Virus record (IMG/VR): IMGVR_UViG_3300014202_001521
Coordinates: 2,931 to 66,930 of that record
Source: a virus
Length of the DNA stretch: 64,000 nt
Strand: one strand, 5' to 3'
Shown piece by piece: positions 8,827-18,581 of the stretch. The translations under genes and the position numbers were made by a program. Numbering within the stretch: position 1 is the stretch's first letter; each line of letters opens with the position of its first letter. The notes beneath the pieces are model-generated. The model saw only the letters and a list, made by a program, of their open reading frames with translations, did not search any database and had not been told where the DNA came from.

Positions 8827-10046
8827 TAAATACCAACCCCCGCTTCTACGTTTGGTTCACTGAGCAATGCTTTAATAGCTTGTTTGATAGCTTCATTCCT
8901 TTCTTCTTCGGACAGTTTAGAAGAACCCCAATCACCAGAAGAAAAGTCTACAGATTTTTCATTTCCAACGGAAACAGTCTTAACGTTTGGAAGCTTATCA
9001 GTTTCCTTATCAACACTTTCCTTTAAGCTACCTGCATAATTATAACACAAAACCTGCGTGACACCGAACAAATTACATACAGATGGCGGAAAATCTTTAG
9101 CCAATATCTCATTAAACACTGGATTGTCGTTATACTGGTTTTCGCCATCACTAAAATAGAAACAATAAACATTCCAGCGATCAGGGCGGAACCTATTCTC
9201 AAACTGCTTCGCCATCAACTTTAATACAGATGAACATAAAGTTCCACCACCATAACGATACTGATAGAACGTCTTTTCATCAACTTCCTGAGCAGCGGCA
9301 TCGTGCCAGAAGTAACAACGCTCTACCTTCTCATAAAATCTTCTAATCCAAACGTCAATCCACCATGCAATGTCAGATACAATGGAACATTTCTCTTCAT
9401 CCATTGAGATAGAGCCGTCACGGGCAAACATGATAACGGCATTACTGCTTGGTATCTTGATTTCTTTATACTGACGGTAACGACGGTCAGAATTGATTGG
9501 CCTGATGATACGCATAGGGTCCGTCGAACCTGGAACATAATGCAACGTGTCCAAGTCCTTCGAAGCAGCCTGTCGCTTCAAAGCCTGCAAAATTGTACGA
9601 CGATTATGACGTAAGGATTCTGGTCCTGTTAAGGAGATATCGTTATATTTGATCTTGATATCTTCGAAAGTCTGCGTAGGCTTAGGCTTTAGATTTGGAA
9701 GCTTGAGTTCCTTCTGCAATTCATCAAGGAAATATTCCAGGCCAACATTGACAAGGATGCCTTCCCCTTCATCTTCACCCGCTTCGTGACCTTCACCGTC
9801 ACCCTTTTGCGGGTCACGTTTAATAACGTCGCCTTCCTTGCCAGGCCCACGACCGATACCTGTTTCGCCTTCGCCATATACAAAGTGTGGTATATCAATG
9901 GTTGGAATGGATACTGTGGCTTTACCGTTCTTACCACGCAAACGAACAAACTTATTAGTTTTGACGTATTTTTGTAGTTCTTTCCTTAGTTTACCATCAA
10001 TAACATCACGAAAATGCTTGTGATCTTCTTCAATTGCTCTTGGCAT
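8826..10046 (-). CDS. yeaH: YeaH/YhbH (DUF444) VWA-like protein
   Basis: IDIPHFVYG, ELKLPNLKPK, SNAVIMFARDGSISM, GGGTLCSS, WNVYCFYFSDGEN; sits between prkA and spoVR. Confidence 0.92.
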   Translation of the reverse strand: MPRAIEEDHKHFRDVIDGKLRKELQKYVKTNKFVRLRGKNGKATVSIPTIDIPHFVYGEGETGIGRGPGKEGDVIKRDPQKGDGEGHEAGEDEGEGILVNVGLEYFLDELQKELKLPNLKPKPTQTFEDIKIKYNDISLTGPESLRHNRRTILQALKRQAASKDLDTLHYVPGSTDPMRIIRPINSDRRYRQYKEIKIPSSNAVIMFARDGSISMDEEKCSIVSDIAWWIDVWIRRFYEKVERCYFWHDAAAQEVDEKTFYQYRYGGGTLCSSVLKLMAKQFENRFRPDRWNVYCFYFSDGENQYNDNPVFNEILAKDFPPSVCNLFGVTQVLCYNYAGSLKESVDKETDKLPNVKTVSVGNEKSVDFSSGDWGSSKLSEEERNEAIKQAIKALLSEPNVEAGVGI

Positions 10047-10277
10047 TTATTTCCCTCGCTCAGTGAATTTTTCCTGCGGCTTTACAATGTGCCAAAATAC
10101 ATGCTCACTAATGTCTTGAGCATAACTATTCCAAGTCTTGACAAACTTTATACAACTAACGCCATTCTTGACCGCTTCATTACACATTTGAAGAAATCGA
10201 CTTTGATTCTTATACGATAGATTGCAAAGATTGAAATGTATTGTTCTATGACCGCTTTTGAACTCTTGCACGTCCAT
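10047..10277 (-). CDS. Hypothetical protein inserted in prkA operon
   Basis: AAGGAGGAG SD before ATG 10277; abuts the yeaH start. Confidence 0.6.
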   Translation of the reverse strand: MDVQEFKSGHRTIHFNLCNLSYKNQSRFLQMCNEAVKNGVSCIKFVKTWNSYAQDISEHVFWHIVKPQEKFTERGK

Positions 10278-10297
10278 ACTCCTCCTTATAAACAAAA

Positions 10298-10351
10298 TGG
10301 ACTCTCCCACACATAACTATGCATTAATTCTATAATTCGTGGGAGAGTCCA
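10298..10351. repeat. 13-bp inverted repeat after prkA
   Basis: TGGACTCTCCCAC / GTGGGAGAGTCCA with a 28-nt AT-rich loop. Confidence 0.8.
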
Positions 10352-10360
10352 AGTTTATTT

Positions 10361-12448
10361 TTAGTTATCGTCTTCGTTCATAGCCGTTCTTGCAAACAAG
10401 CTACCAACGTAATCCAACACGTCCGATGCGGACTTGTCGTTGTAGCCGTATTGGTCAATCAAACGCTTCTTGATAGCGTCGATCTTATCCTGCACGTCAG
10501 GAGCAACTACCGTAGCTTCAGAGACATTGAGAGCGGACAACTTGATGTGATCCCTAGTGTCCTCGAACAATTTGGCTTCCAAAGCCTTCTTCAAATCAGG
10601 GTTACTATCCCACTTGAATTTCTTCCCATCAGTAGCCAAGTCACCGATGAAAGCCGCAATCATACGACGGAAATCATCCACACCCTGGTCTGGAATGCCA
10701 ATCTTCTCTTCGATAGAACGCATCAAACGCTCGTTTGGTGGCTCATCGCGGCCAGTTAGCTTGTTCTTAATCTTGGACTTACGGATGTAAGCCATGATAT
10801 TATCAATGTAATTGGCACACAATCTCTCAATTACCTTCTCATCACCCACAAGAGCCTTTCGGACCTCATCCTTAAGGATTTCGTCCAATTCCTTAACGGC
10901 CAAGTCCACACAACTGTTATAACGTGCTACGTCTTCCTTCTTGTTAATCAAGGCGTTGTTGTCCAAGCCCGACTTGATTTCATGCAACACCATGAACGGA
11001 TTTATATAGTCGTGGTTATTGCTTAAACAATTGGAAACCTTATCCTGAACGTATCGTGCCGATACGCCAAGCGTCATGCCTTCGTTCGGGTGTTTATCCT
11101 TCAATTCCTTGACAGTATCTTCGGTGTAGCCTGGTAGTGACTCACCGTTATATAGTCTAACCTTCTGCACCAAGGTCAGCTTGCCATCCTTGTCATCGTC
11201 CAAACGGGTCAAAATTGCCCATAGAGCAGCGATTTCCAAGGTATGTGGGGCAACGTGCTGGCGTACCCTGCCATTACCATAGTCCTGTTCCAAAACCTTA
11301 ATTTCATCAGACCAGCGTAGCAAATAAGGAACGTCAATCTTCACGGTACGGTCTTTCAACGCCTCCATATACTGGTTGTTTCTTAGTCTCTCATATTCTG
11401 GATTGTTTGTGTGGCCGATGATGGCTTCATCAATAGAAATCTGTGGAAACTTCTTAGGTTTGATCTGACGTTCCTGGCTTGCACCAAGTAGGTCATATAA
11501 GAACTCCTGAGCTAGCTTCAACATTTCAATGAACTCGACAACACCACGGTTGCCTACGCAGAACTCACCGTCGAAATTGAATGCACGGGGGTCTGAGTCG
11601 GCTCCGAAGTGGCCGATCTTATCGAATGCGATATCACCCGTTAGTTCCGTAGCGTCCTGGTTCTTCTCATCCTTCGGCTGGAAGGTGGCGATACCACAAC
11701 GATCAGCTTCCGAATAGACCTTGCGAACAACGCGGATATGATTCTCAACGATCTTCTGCCAGTCGCCCTTGTTAATTCTCATTAACTCTTCCATGAACTT
11801 GCGGCAACGTGGGTCTAGTTCGCCGTCGCAAATCAAGGAATAGATCAGGTCTTTCTTATTTTCAACAGTTTGCTCACGCAAAGCTTCATTGAGTTCCTGA
11901 ACGACTTTCTTGCGGAAAGATAGAGGGATTAGCTTGAGTGGTTCTTCGTGCATTGGGCAATCATTCTCAGTATGAGTATAAATGCCTGTTGCGCCAGTCG
12001 GCAGATTTACCCACTTGAATGAGTACCATGCACCTTCTGTCTTACGAGAATACTTTTCAAGACCTCTCTTGATTCTGCGAAGAATCGTGGATTTGGACGA
12101 ACCTACTGGTCCGTGGAGTAACAATACTCTCTTTTCAGTACCATAACCACCCGCAGCACCCTTGAAGAACTTAACAAGTTCATCCAAGGTTTCTTCTAGA
12201 CCGAAAATAGGAATTTCGGGATCATCGAAAAAGTTGTAGTGAACTAACTTCTTCTTGTACCTTTGAAATTCGTGGCTCCCTTCGCTCATAATCATGTCAT
12301 ACAAGCGTTGATAAGCAGTCCTAATTAACAAAGGGTTTGCATAAACCCTATCCAGATACTCTCCAAAGGATATTTCTTCGTGTAACTCTTTGAACTCTTC
12401 TTTATTGAACTTGGCAGCCAAGCGATTCAGATGTTGGCATGTTTCCAT
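10361..12448 (-). CDS. prkA: PrkA/YeaG AAA+ serine kinase-family protein
   Basis: RTAYQRLYDMI, LLLHGPVGSSKS, CPMHEEPL, DEKNQDATELTG, DPRAFNFDGE, NRGVVEFIEMLK, HVAPHTLE. Confidence 0.95.
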   Translation of the reverse strand: METCQHLNRLAAKFNKEEFKELHEEISFGEYLDRVYANPLLIRTAYQRLYDMIMSEGSHEFQRYKKKLVHYNFFDDPEIPIFGLEETLDELVKFFKGAAGGYGTEKRVLLLHGPVGSSKSTILRRIKRGLEKYSRKTEGAWYSFKWVNLPTGATGIYTHTENDCPMHEEPLKLIPLSFRKKVVQELNEALREQTVENKKDLIYSLICDGELDPRCRKFMEELMRINKGDWQKIVENHIRVVRKVYSEADRCGIATFQPKDEKNQDATELTGDIAFDKIGHFGADSDPRAFNFDGEFCVGNRGVVEFIEMLKLAQEFLYDLLGASQERQIKPKKFPQISIDEAIIGHTNNPEYERLRNNQYMEALKDRTVKIDVPYLLRWSDEIKVLEQDYGNGRVRQHVAPHTLEIAALWAILTRLDDDKDGKLTLVQKVRLYNGESLPGYTEDTVKELKDKHPNEGMTLGVSARYVQDKVSNCLSNNHDYINPFMVLHEIKSGLDNNALINKKEDVARYNSCVDLAVKELDEILKDEVRKALVGDEKVIERLCANYIDNIMAYIRKSKIKNKLTGRDEPPNERLMRSIEEKIGIPDQGVDDFRRMIAAFIGDLATDGKKFKWDSNPDLKKALEAKLFEDTRDHIKLSALNVSEATVVAPDVQDKIDAIKKRLIDQYGYNDKSASDVLDYVGSLFARTAMNEDDN

Positions 12449-12477
12449 AGATTTCTCCTAAATCCCTAATTTCTATG

Positions 12478-12506
12478 ATTATAAGTTGAACTTAATGCTA
12501 ATACAA
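12478..12506 (-). promoter_or_regulatory. sigma70-type promoter of prkA operon
   Basis: Minus strand TTGTAT-N17-TATAAT; AGGAG SD downstream. Confidence 0.75.
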
Positions 12507-12524
12507 GAATAATTCCAAAAAAAT

Positions 12525-12824
12525 TTAATCTAATTTTTTGCTGTTATATGGGTTGGTTCCCATGTGTGATTTAGACTCAGCAGCACGACGACATGCTTTA
12601 GCACCTTCCATGTTATGGCCAGCACGATAGCTAAAGTTGTCCCACTTGCTACTTTCCTTAGGATTGGCAAAGGCAACGGCAATGTCGTAACCAAATGTCC
12701 GCTTTTTTCTTTTAGACTTGCAAAGCGGACATTTGATACCTTTATATTTCTGAGTTTCGTCGTAGTCTGTCAGTTCCTCGTATGTCTCGGAACATTTCAA
12801 ACATTGGAATCTATAGGTCGGCAT
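12525..12824 (-). CDS. FmdB-like zinc-ribbon protein
   Basis: MPTYRFQCLKC...CPLC. Confidence 0.8.
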   Translation of the reverse strand: MPTYRFQCLKCSETYEELTDYDETQKYKGIKCPLCKSKRKKRTFGYDIAVAFANPKESSKWDNFSYRAGHNMEGAKACRRAAESKSHMGTNPYNSKKLD

Positions 12825-13155
12825 TATCAGACTCTTCTCTTGGTTCTTCTTGGTATTGAGCCGCATCAATATCCGCTAACGCTTTGAATGTTTGATACGT
12901 CTCTACAATTAAATTGAGTTTGGTTTGTAAAGATTTAAAACCCCAAAACCAAGTTTTTTCTAAATATCGTATCGTTTTAACTAAAATCGCAAAATTAAGT
13001 TCTTTTTGGATGATCTGAAGTCTGATAGCCTCGATAAGTTCTCTTTTTTCGAGTATGGCAAGATATTCGGCGTTTAACTCTTCTTCGCCATCACCATCAA
13101 CGTCAGGAAAATCTTCATCCTTGAACTCTTCGTCGTCATAATTAAATCTCTTCAT
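12811..13155 (-). CDS. Hypothetical protein (acidic N-terminus)
   Basis: 114-aa ORF in operon; TAAATA upstream at 13195-13200. Confidence 0.65.
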   Translation of the reverse strand: MKRFNYDDEEFKDEDFPDVDGDGEEELNAEYLAILEKRELIEAIRLQIIQKELNFAILVKTIRYLEKTWFWGFKSLQTKLNLIVETYQTFKALADIDAAQYQEEPREESDNADL

Positions 13156-13314
13156 AAATTTGCCCTTCCCCTTGTGGAAAAAAGGAACCTACATTATTTA
13201 TCCACCATGACATAATCTAGCATGGCTTGAGATATTATTATGAAACGAAATTTAACCACACTCATTAGACATGAGGTGGAAGACGTGTTAAAACTGGATT
13301 TAATTCAGATTTGT

Positions 13315-14367
13315 CTAAGAAAAGTAGTCAGTCACCTGATCGCAAATGAAATCCACTTCAGAAATGGTCAAGCTTGGAAACAGCGGAAGGGTTAAAATTT
13401 CTTGCCAAGCTTTCTCTGCGACAGGCAAACTACCTTCATAAAATGAATACAAATGAACTGGCTTGTGATGAACCTGTGTGGCTATGCCCTGCCTGTTCAA
13501 GAAATCGGATAACTCATCCCGCTTTTCAGTCCTTATTACCATGATGTAGCAACTAGAACTATCCAAAATTGGCAAAAGCCTTACAATACCCCTTAATCTC
13601 TCATGGTAACGGGCCACCAGCGTCTTTCTTAAAGATTGCATCTCACCCAACTTCTCCAGTTGCACAAGACCAATCGCCGCATTAATATCATTCATGTGAT
13701 ACTTGTAGCCGATTTCCTCGATGGGATACCCCCAAACCCGCTTGTTCAAACTCTGGTAACTCTGCCATGTACTCTTGTTAATTCCAAACCACCTAAGCTG
13801 CTTTACCTTCTCGTAAACCTCAGAATCATCCATCGTAACCATGCCGCCGTCACCCGTCGCCAAATTCTTGACCGCCTGGAATGACCAACAACAAATTTTA
13901 CCAGATGCATCAAACTTCGACCCAACTGCTTGCGCACAATCAAAAACTAACGGAATGGTTCCTGCTGGTTCAACTGGCTGACCCGCATACAATACGGGGA
14001 AAATGGCTCTGGTATGCTCATCTACCCTGTTCATGGCATCTTGCCAATCTATAAGCAGAGTCTCTTCATCAACGTCACAGAAAACAGGCTTGGCCCCACA
14101 GTAATTCGCCACACACGCTGTTGGAATAAACGTCATCGTAGGAACGATGATGTTGTCTTCTGGCTCTAACCCAAGCATATGAGCGGCAATGTGCAAAGCA
14201 GACGTGCAAGAATTAACCCCGACAGCATACTTGGCACCAACTCTCTTGGCGAACTTGCTTTCAAACTCCTCCGTCACTGGCCCTAAACCAATCCACTTAG
14301 ACCGCAGAACTTTAACAACCGCTTCTTCTTCTCTTTCGTCATAATAAGGTTTTGAAATAGGTATCAT
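13315..14367 (-). CDS. DegT/DnrJ/EryC1/StrS PLP-dependent sugar aminotransferase
   Basis: VNSCTSALH, DCAQAVG, SFQAVKNLATGDGGM, GYKYHMNDINAAIG, LTLPL. Confidence 0.95.
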   Translation of the reverse strand: MIPISKPYYDEREEEAVVKVLRSKWIGLGPVTEEFESKFAKRVGAKYAVGVNSCTSALHIAAHMLGLEPEDNIIVPTMTFIPTACVANYCGAKPVFCDVDEETLLIDWQDAMNRVDEHTRAIFPVLYAGQPVEPAGTIPLVFDCAQAVGSKFDASGKICCWSFQAVKNLATGDGGMVTMDDSEVYEKVKQLRWFGINKSTWQSYQSLNKRVWGYPIEEIGYKYHMNDINAAIGLVQLEKLGEMQSLRKTLVARYHERLRGIVRLLPILDSSSCYIMVIRTEKRDELSDFLNRQGIATQVHHKPVHLYSFYEGSLPVAEKAWQEILTLPLFPSLTISEVDFICDQVTDYFS

Positions 14368-16118
14368 TGTGCCTCCTCTTCATTCCACCATGCGTGCTGA
14401 AAATAATTGTCATCGTATTTGTACTCTTTCCCGTGACAGTCTACCCTACCATAATCCCTTCCTATGAAACGCTCTACATCATATTTTAACCAATCGTCAT
14501 CCCAAACCAACCATTGATGGTGTTTGAAAGGACCAGCGGATACAAAATTACCATCTGCTGTTGGCAACTGATATACCCTTAACCCCATTTCTACTACTTG
14601 TTGAGGCATTTCTGTTTCCACTTGGTAACAATGTATCTTACTAATGATCGGGTCATGCGGAAACTCCAGCTTCTCCGCAATCTCTCTCTTTATTCCAAAA
14701 GCGTTAGACCTGATGGTTGTCTCAAAGGTATAAGGAGGGCATAGACCAACATCTGGCTCCCTCATAACCTCCATAAAGACCCCTAAAAAGTCCTTGTGGA
14801 GCGGATAGGTGTCATCGGCAAAACAAAACAACAGATCAAATTCTGGCTGGAAGTATGGCAATCTCTTTTCTATCAAGTCTTGAAATATACCTATATCCTG
14901 CCCTCTATTGTATCTAGGAACATAGTAATCTGGCTTTAGTGCCAGTAACCTATCCCGTTCAGCAGGATTCGGTTCTTCTCCGTCAAAATTATGAACCAAA
15001 GCTATTTTCGAGTTATATTTATTATACCTGTCATACCAATGCCTCATCCACTTCTCTACAACATTAATCTTCTTATAAACACAAACACTTATCAGCACTG
15101 ATGGGTACTTGTCATTACAATCTCTTTTAAATTCAACAACTTCAGGTATTTTAATTATTCTGGCATTCCGACGCGGCAAATACTTGTAATAAATGCTTCT
15201 TAAATCACCCAACTCGTCTTCTAGAAACTTTAATTCACAACTTGAGGTAGTCGCATCGCGTAAAGCATTATCCTTCGTACTGCATTCGCAAAAGTGATAA
15301 ATCGTTTTTGGTTTAAATACTTCAATTTTATCTTTCGCCAGATAGTATACCCAAGACCCCATAGGCATATTAACAAATGTATAGGTTCGATTCTCAACTG
15401 GCACACCCGCATAAACCATAGGATGTTCTTCTAGGTTCTTATCCAAGTAGGTTTTAAGATGCGGGTTCCTGTCTGTGTGGTCAGGATAACGGAACTGGTT
15501 GTAATATCTCCAATCAAAATTGGAGTTTCTAATATGATACTCTTTAAACTCATCATGGTTGCTGATTAATGCATTGGGAATATTAACATATGAAACCCAT
15601 GTATCAGGGCAAGCATCCCCATCTACCATCACAAATGCCATATTCATCGCAAAAAAGTCAATTATACTAAGTTCATCATTTGGAAAGTGAGCATGAATCC
15701 TTCTTGCTATTCTCTGACCAGACATAACAACCGAACATTTTTTATTTTCAAATAGGTCTAAAGCCTCGTCAAGCCAACTAGGATTTGTAATAATGAGGTC
15801 GTCCTGCATAAAAAGATAGTATTTTGTTCTTACCAACGGCAAGCACATCTGGAATGGGCGAGAAGAATCCAGTCTACTCCAGGTTCTTATTACGGTTACT
15901 GGATACCCTAAATCGTTAAGCTCTTTGGCAAACTGTTCTTTGCTAGTTTGCAAGGTTTCATCACCAGTCCTGTTGTCGGGACCATTGATGCTCACAATGA
16001 TTTGATCTAAGCTTTCAACCTTGGTTCTAAGAATAAGCGAAAGAATAGCTTGGACAAAGAACTCAAACGGAGCGGTAGCTGTAGCTATAATTACTGTAAT
16101 TTTAGAACTGTGATTCAT
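14364..16118 (-). CDS. Two-domain glycosyltransferase-like protein (paralog 1)
   Basis: GT-A-like N-terminal domain (SINGPDNRTGD, LFMQDD); second domain with NRGQDIG and FADD. Confidence 0.65.
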   Translation of the reverse strand: MNHSSKITVIIATATAPFEFFVQAILSLILRTKVESLDQIIVSINGPDNRTGDETLQTSKEQFAKELNDLGYPVTVIRTWSRLDSSRPFQMCLPLVRTKYYLFMQDDLIITNPSWLDEALDLFENKKCSVVMSGQRIARRIHAHFPNDELSIIDFFAMNMAFVMVDGDACPDTWVSYVNIPNALISNHDEFKEYHIRNSNFDWRYYNQFRYPDHTDRNPHLKTYLDKNLEEHPMVYAGVPVENRTYTFVNMPMGSWVYYLAKDKIEVFKPKTIYHFCECSTKDNALRDATTSSCELKFLEDELGDLRSIYYKYLPRRNARIIKIPEVVEFKRDCNDKYPSVLISVCVYKKINVVEKWMRHWYDRYNKYNSKIALVHNFDGEEPNPAERDRLLALKPDYYVPRYNRGQDIGIFQDLIEKRLPYFQPEFDLLFCFADDTYPLHKDFLGVFMEVMREPDVGLCPPYTFETTIRSNAFGIKREIAEKLEFPHDPIISKIHCYQVETEMPQQVVEMGLRVYQLPTADGNFVSAGPFKHHQWLVWDDDWLKYDVERFIGRDYGRVDCHGKEYKYDDNYFQHAWWNEEEAQ

Positions 16119-17619
16119 ATTTATCCCACAAATCTACGATACCCTCGTAATCACAATCCCATGCGTATTTTGGAGAATATCTCTGTGTTGGCAACTTAAC
16201 CTCGTACCTCATGTCCTTAATTTGGTTGGATATATTGCTTGCTCCGCTTTCCATTTCAAATGGATCATCGACAAACTTTAACCTTACCGCCAATTCTTTC
16301 TTTATAGAAAAACAAACAGTCCTGACATTCCCATCCATCCAACCACCAACTAACCCAACGGTTGGCTTGCTTATCTCCCTCAGCATGGGTAGTAAGAAAT
16401 CCCTTCGCATAGGAATAATATCATCCGTAAACCAGACTAATACATTCCAATCATAAGGGACATTGATCTTCCCAAATACCACGTCTCTAAAAGCTCCAAT
16501 GTCTCGCCCAACATTATGCCTCGGAACATAGAAATCTGGCTTGTGCTTCTGGATATTTTTTTCTTCCTTGCTAGAAAGCTGCCCATCGTAATTATGGACT
16601 ACCACAAGCTTACTGTCGTAACGCTCAGCGTTGTTCCAAGCCCGCAACCAAGAGTCTATCGTATGCAGCCTGTTATAAGTTATCACCCCAATTAAAGGTT
16701 TAATGTCTATTTTGGGGGCAGCCCAATAAGACAATTTGCATATATTGGACTCATTAACCTTTTCAATAAGGTCCAATATGTGGGGCATTGGCTCTTTAAC
16801 TTCTTCAGAACTGCCGTCCTTCCAACTCATTGCCTCAAGATGGTCTACTATATGATTTGGGAAAGCATGAATTTTCAAACCATTAGTCACAGCACGATAA
16901 TATAACCATGCCCCCATAGGGAACGTTATTAAGCTGTAATTATAACATTCATCAAAACATGCCATTCTAGACTTTATTTTGATGTTTTCCTGTAAGTCGC
17001 TATCAGGCATAATGGAAACCGCTTCGCCATGCAACGAAAAGAACTTTCTTAATTCATCCCAATCTTTAGAGTTCTGGTTCTCATGCTTAGCCACTTCTAA
17101 ATCAACATAATAGGTAGTCCATTTAGTGTCCACGACCTTATAGTTTATGACAGTGAACGCTGTGTTAACATGAGGAAAGTCCATCCTCATTAGTTTGCTT
17201 TCTGGCTTCCAAATATTAGGCAACAGTTTGCCGCCTAGCTTCGGATTAATCGTTGTGATTGCCGCGTCTTCACAAATATCTTCTTGCCAATTTTGCTTAA
17301 GGACGATGGTATCGTCATGCATGAACAGAACTAAATCTGTCTTACACAACGGAAAGCACATATCATAAGGTTGGGAAAAACCCAACCGACTCCAGGTTCG
17401 GACAATCGTGACTGGAAAACCTGCATCTTTCAACCTCTCTAAAAACTTCTGTTTCTCGTCTTGAAGCGTTGTATCTCCCGTTCTTGGGTCTGGCCCGTTA
17501 ATACTGACGATTATCTCTTGTAATACATCAGGTGAAGTTCTTAGAATCAACGAACATATAGACCAAGCTAAAGTTTCTAGCGGTGCGGTGGCTGTGCTGA
17601 GAATAGCAGTTAATTTCAT
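16102..17619 (-). CDS. Two-domain glycosyltransferase-like protein (paralog 2)
   Basis: SINGPDPRTGD, LFMHDD; second domain with NVGRDIGAF and FTDD. Confidence 0.65.
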   Translation of the reverse strand: MKLTAILSTATAPLETLAWSICSLILRTSPDVLQEIIVSINGPDPRTGDTTLQDEKQKFLERLKDAGFPVTIVRTWSRLGFSQPYDMCFPLCKTDLVLFMHDDTIVLKQNWQEDICEDAAITTINPKLGGKLLPNIWKPESKLMRMDFPHVNTAFTVINYKVVDTKWTTYYVDLEVAKHENQNSKDWDELRKFFSLHGEAVSIMPDSDLQENIKIKSRMACFDECYNYSLITFPMGAWLYYRAVTNGLKIHAFPNHIVDHLEAMSWKDGSSEEVKEPMPHILDLIEKVNESNICKLSYWAAPKIDIKPLIGVITYNRLHTIDSWLRAWNNAERYDSKLVVVHNYDGQLSSKEEKNIQKHKPDFYVPRHNVGRDIGAFRDVVFGKINVPYDWNVLVWFTDDIIPMRRDFLLPMLREISKPTVGLVGGWMDGNVRTVCFSIKKELAVRLKFVDDPFEMESGASNISNQIKDMRYEVKLPTQRYSPKYAWDCDYEGIVDLWDKYESQF

Positions 17620-18581
17620 AAACTGTTCTTCTTGTATTTCTTATACAAATTCCAGTAATCTTTGAACTCATAAATGTCTTTTTCAAGGTCATCAATCAGG
17701 TGCTTAGCATCACTAATTGGATTTTTCTCAACCCCACCCCAACTCATTGAGCCAAAGTGGTAAACTAAATTGTTTTCAATTGGAATCATTTCATAGTTTT
17801 GGGACTTTAACTTATAGTAAAGCCAAGCTCCGAAATCTTGGCTTAAATAACCAAACTGCACATCTCGTACATTGCTCAAATCCTTGTAGTATTCCTTACT
17901 AAATCTCAAGAACTCTGGCACGTCTTCAAGATCAGATATCTTGAACTCTTTCTTTATGTGGTATCCAGCCCAACGCACACCTGCTTTTGCAACTGCACCT
18001 TTACGGCACCCAATGAAGTAGGCATTTAAGTGCGGATAATTCAATTTATACTCACCGTTGAAAACATCCACACAATGCGTGCCTTGCAAAAGCGGCTTAG
18101 AGTATACAATGGCTACCTTGGGACTTCTGTAAAGTCCATCCATCATCACTGATTCCCAATCTCGCTTTAACAGGAGTAAATCATCATGCGCATAAATATA
18201 ACTGTCGGTGTGTGCCCATGTTGCAGCCATCTCCATTGATTGGTCTGCACCCACACGACTCCACGCCCGTATTACGGTAATAGGCATGTCTTTTGTTTCA
18301 TCACTCACTCGACTCTTCCACTTCAGGTTTCTTAAGTCTTCCAAAAACGATTGTTTCTCATCCTGCAAAGCCGTACTGCCAGTCCTTTTATCTGGACCGT
18401 TGATGGCGATGTTTAGATGCTCAAGAAAACCATTTGGTTTGGACCTGAGAAGAAAAGAGAAGACTGACCAAAGTAAAAAGTTTGTAGGAGCCTGGCATGT
18501 CGTCATTAAGATCGTGGTTTTGTTTCTAAGGCTCGATAACTCTTCGCATTCGTCAATATCAAAAATCATATGCGGGTGCAT
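17616..18581 (-). CDS. Glycosyltransferase-like protein (paralog 3)
   Basis: AINGPDKRTGS, IYAHDD, HFGSMSW. Confidence 0.65.
   Translation of the reverse strand: MHPHMIFDIDECEELSSLRNKTTILMTTCQAPTNFLLWSVFSFLLRSKPNGFLEHLNIAINGPDKRTGSTALQDEKQSFLEDLRNLKWKSRVSDETKDMPITVIRAWSRVGADQSMEMAATWAHTDSYIYAHDDLLLLKRDWESVMMDGLYRSPKVAIVYSKPLLQGTHCVDVFNGEYKLNYPHLNAYFIGCRKGAVAKAGVRWAGYHIKKEFKISDLEDVPEFLRFSKEYYKDLSNVRDVQFGYLSQDFGAWLYYKLKSQNYEMIPIENNLVYHFGSMSWGGVEKNPISDAKHLIDDLEKDIYEFKDYWNLYKKYKKNSL

Noticed and set aside
13240-13395. 51-aa plus-strand ORF MKRNLTTLIRHEVED...
   Set aside because: It overlaps the DegT 3' end on the opposite strand, with no SD and no recognisable motif
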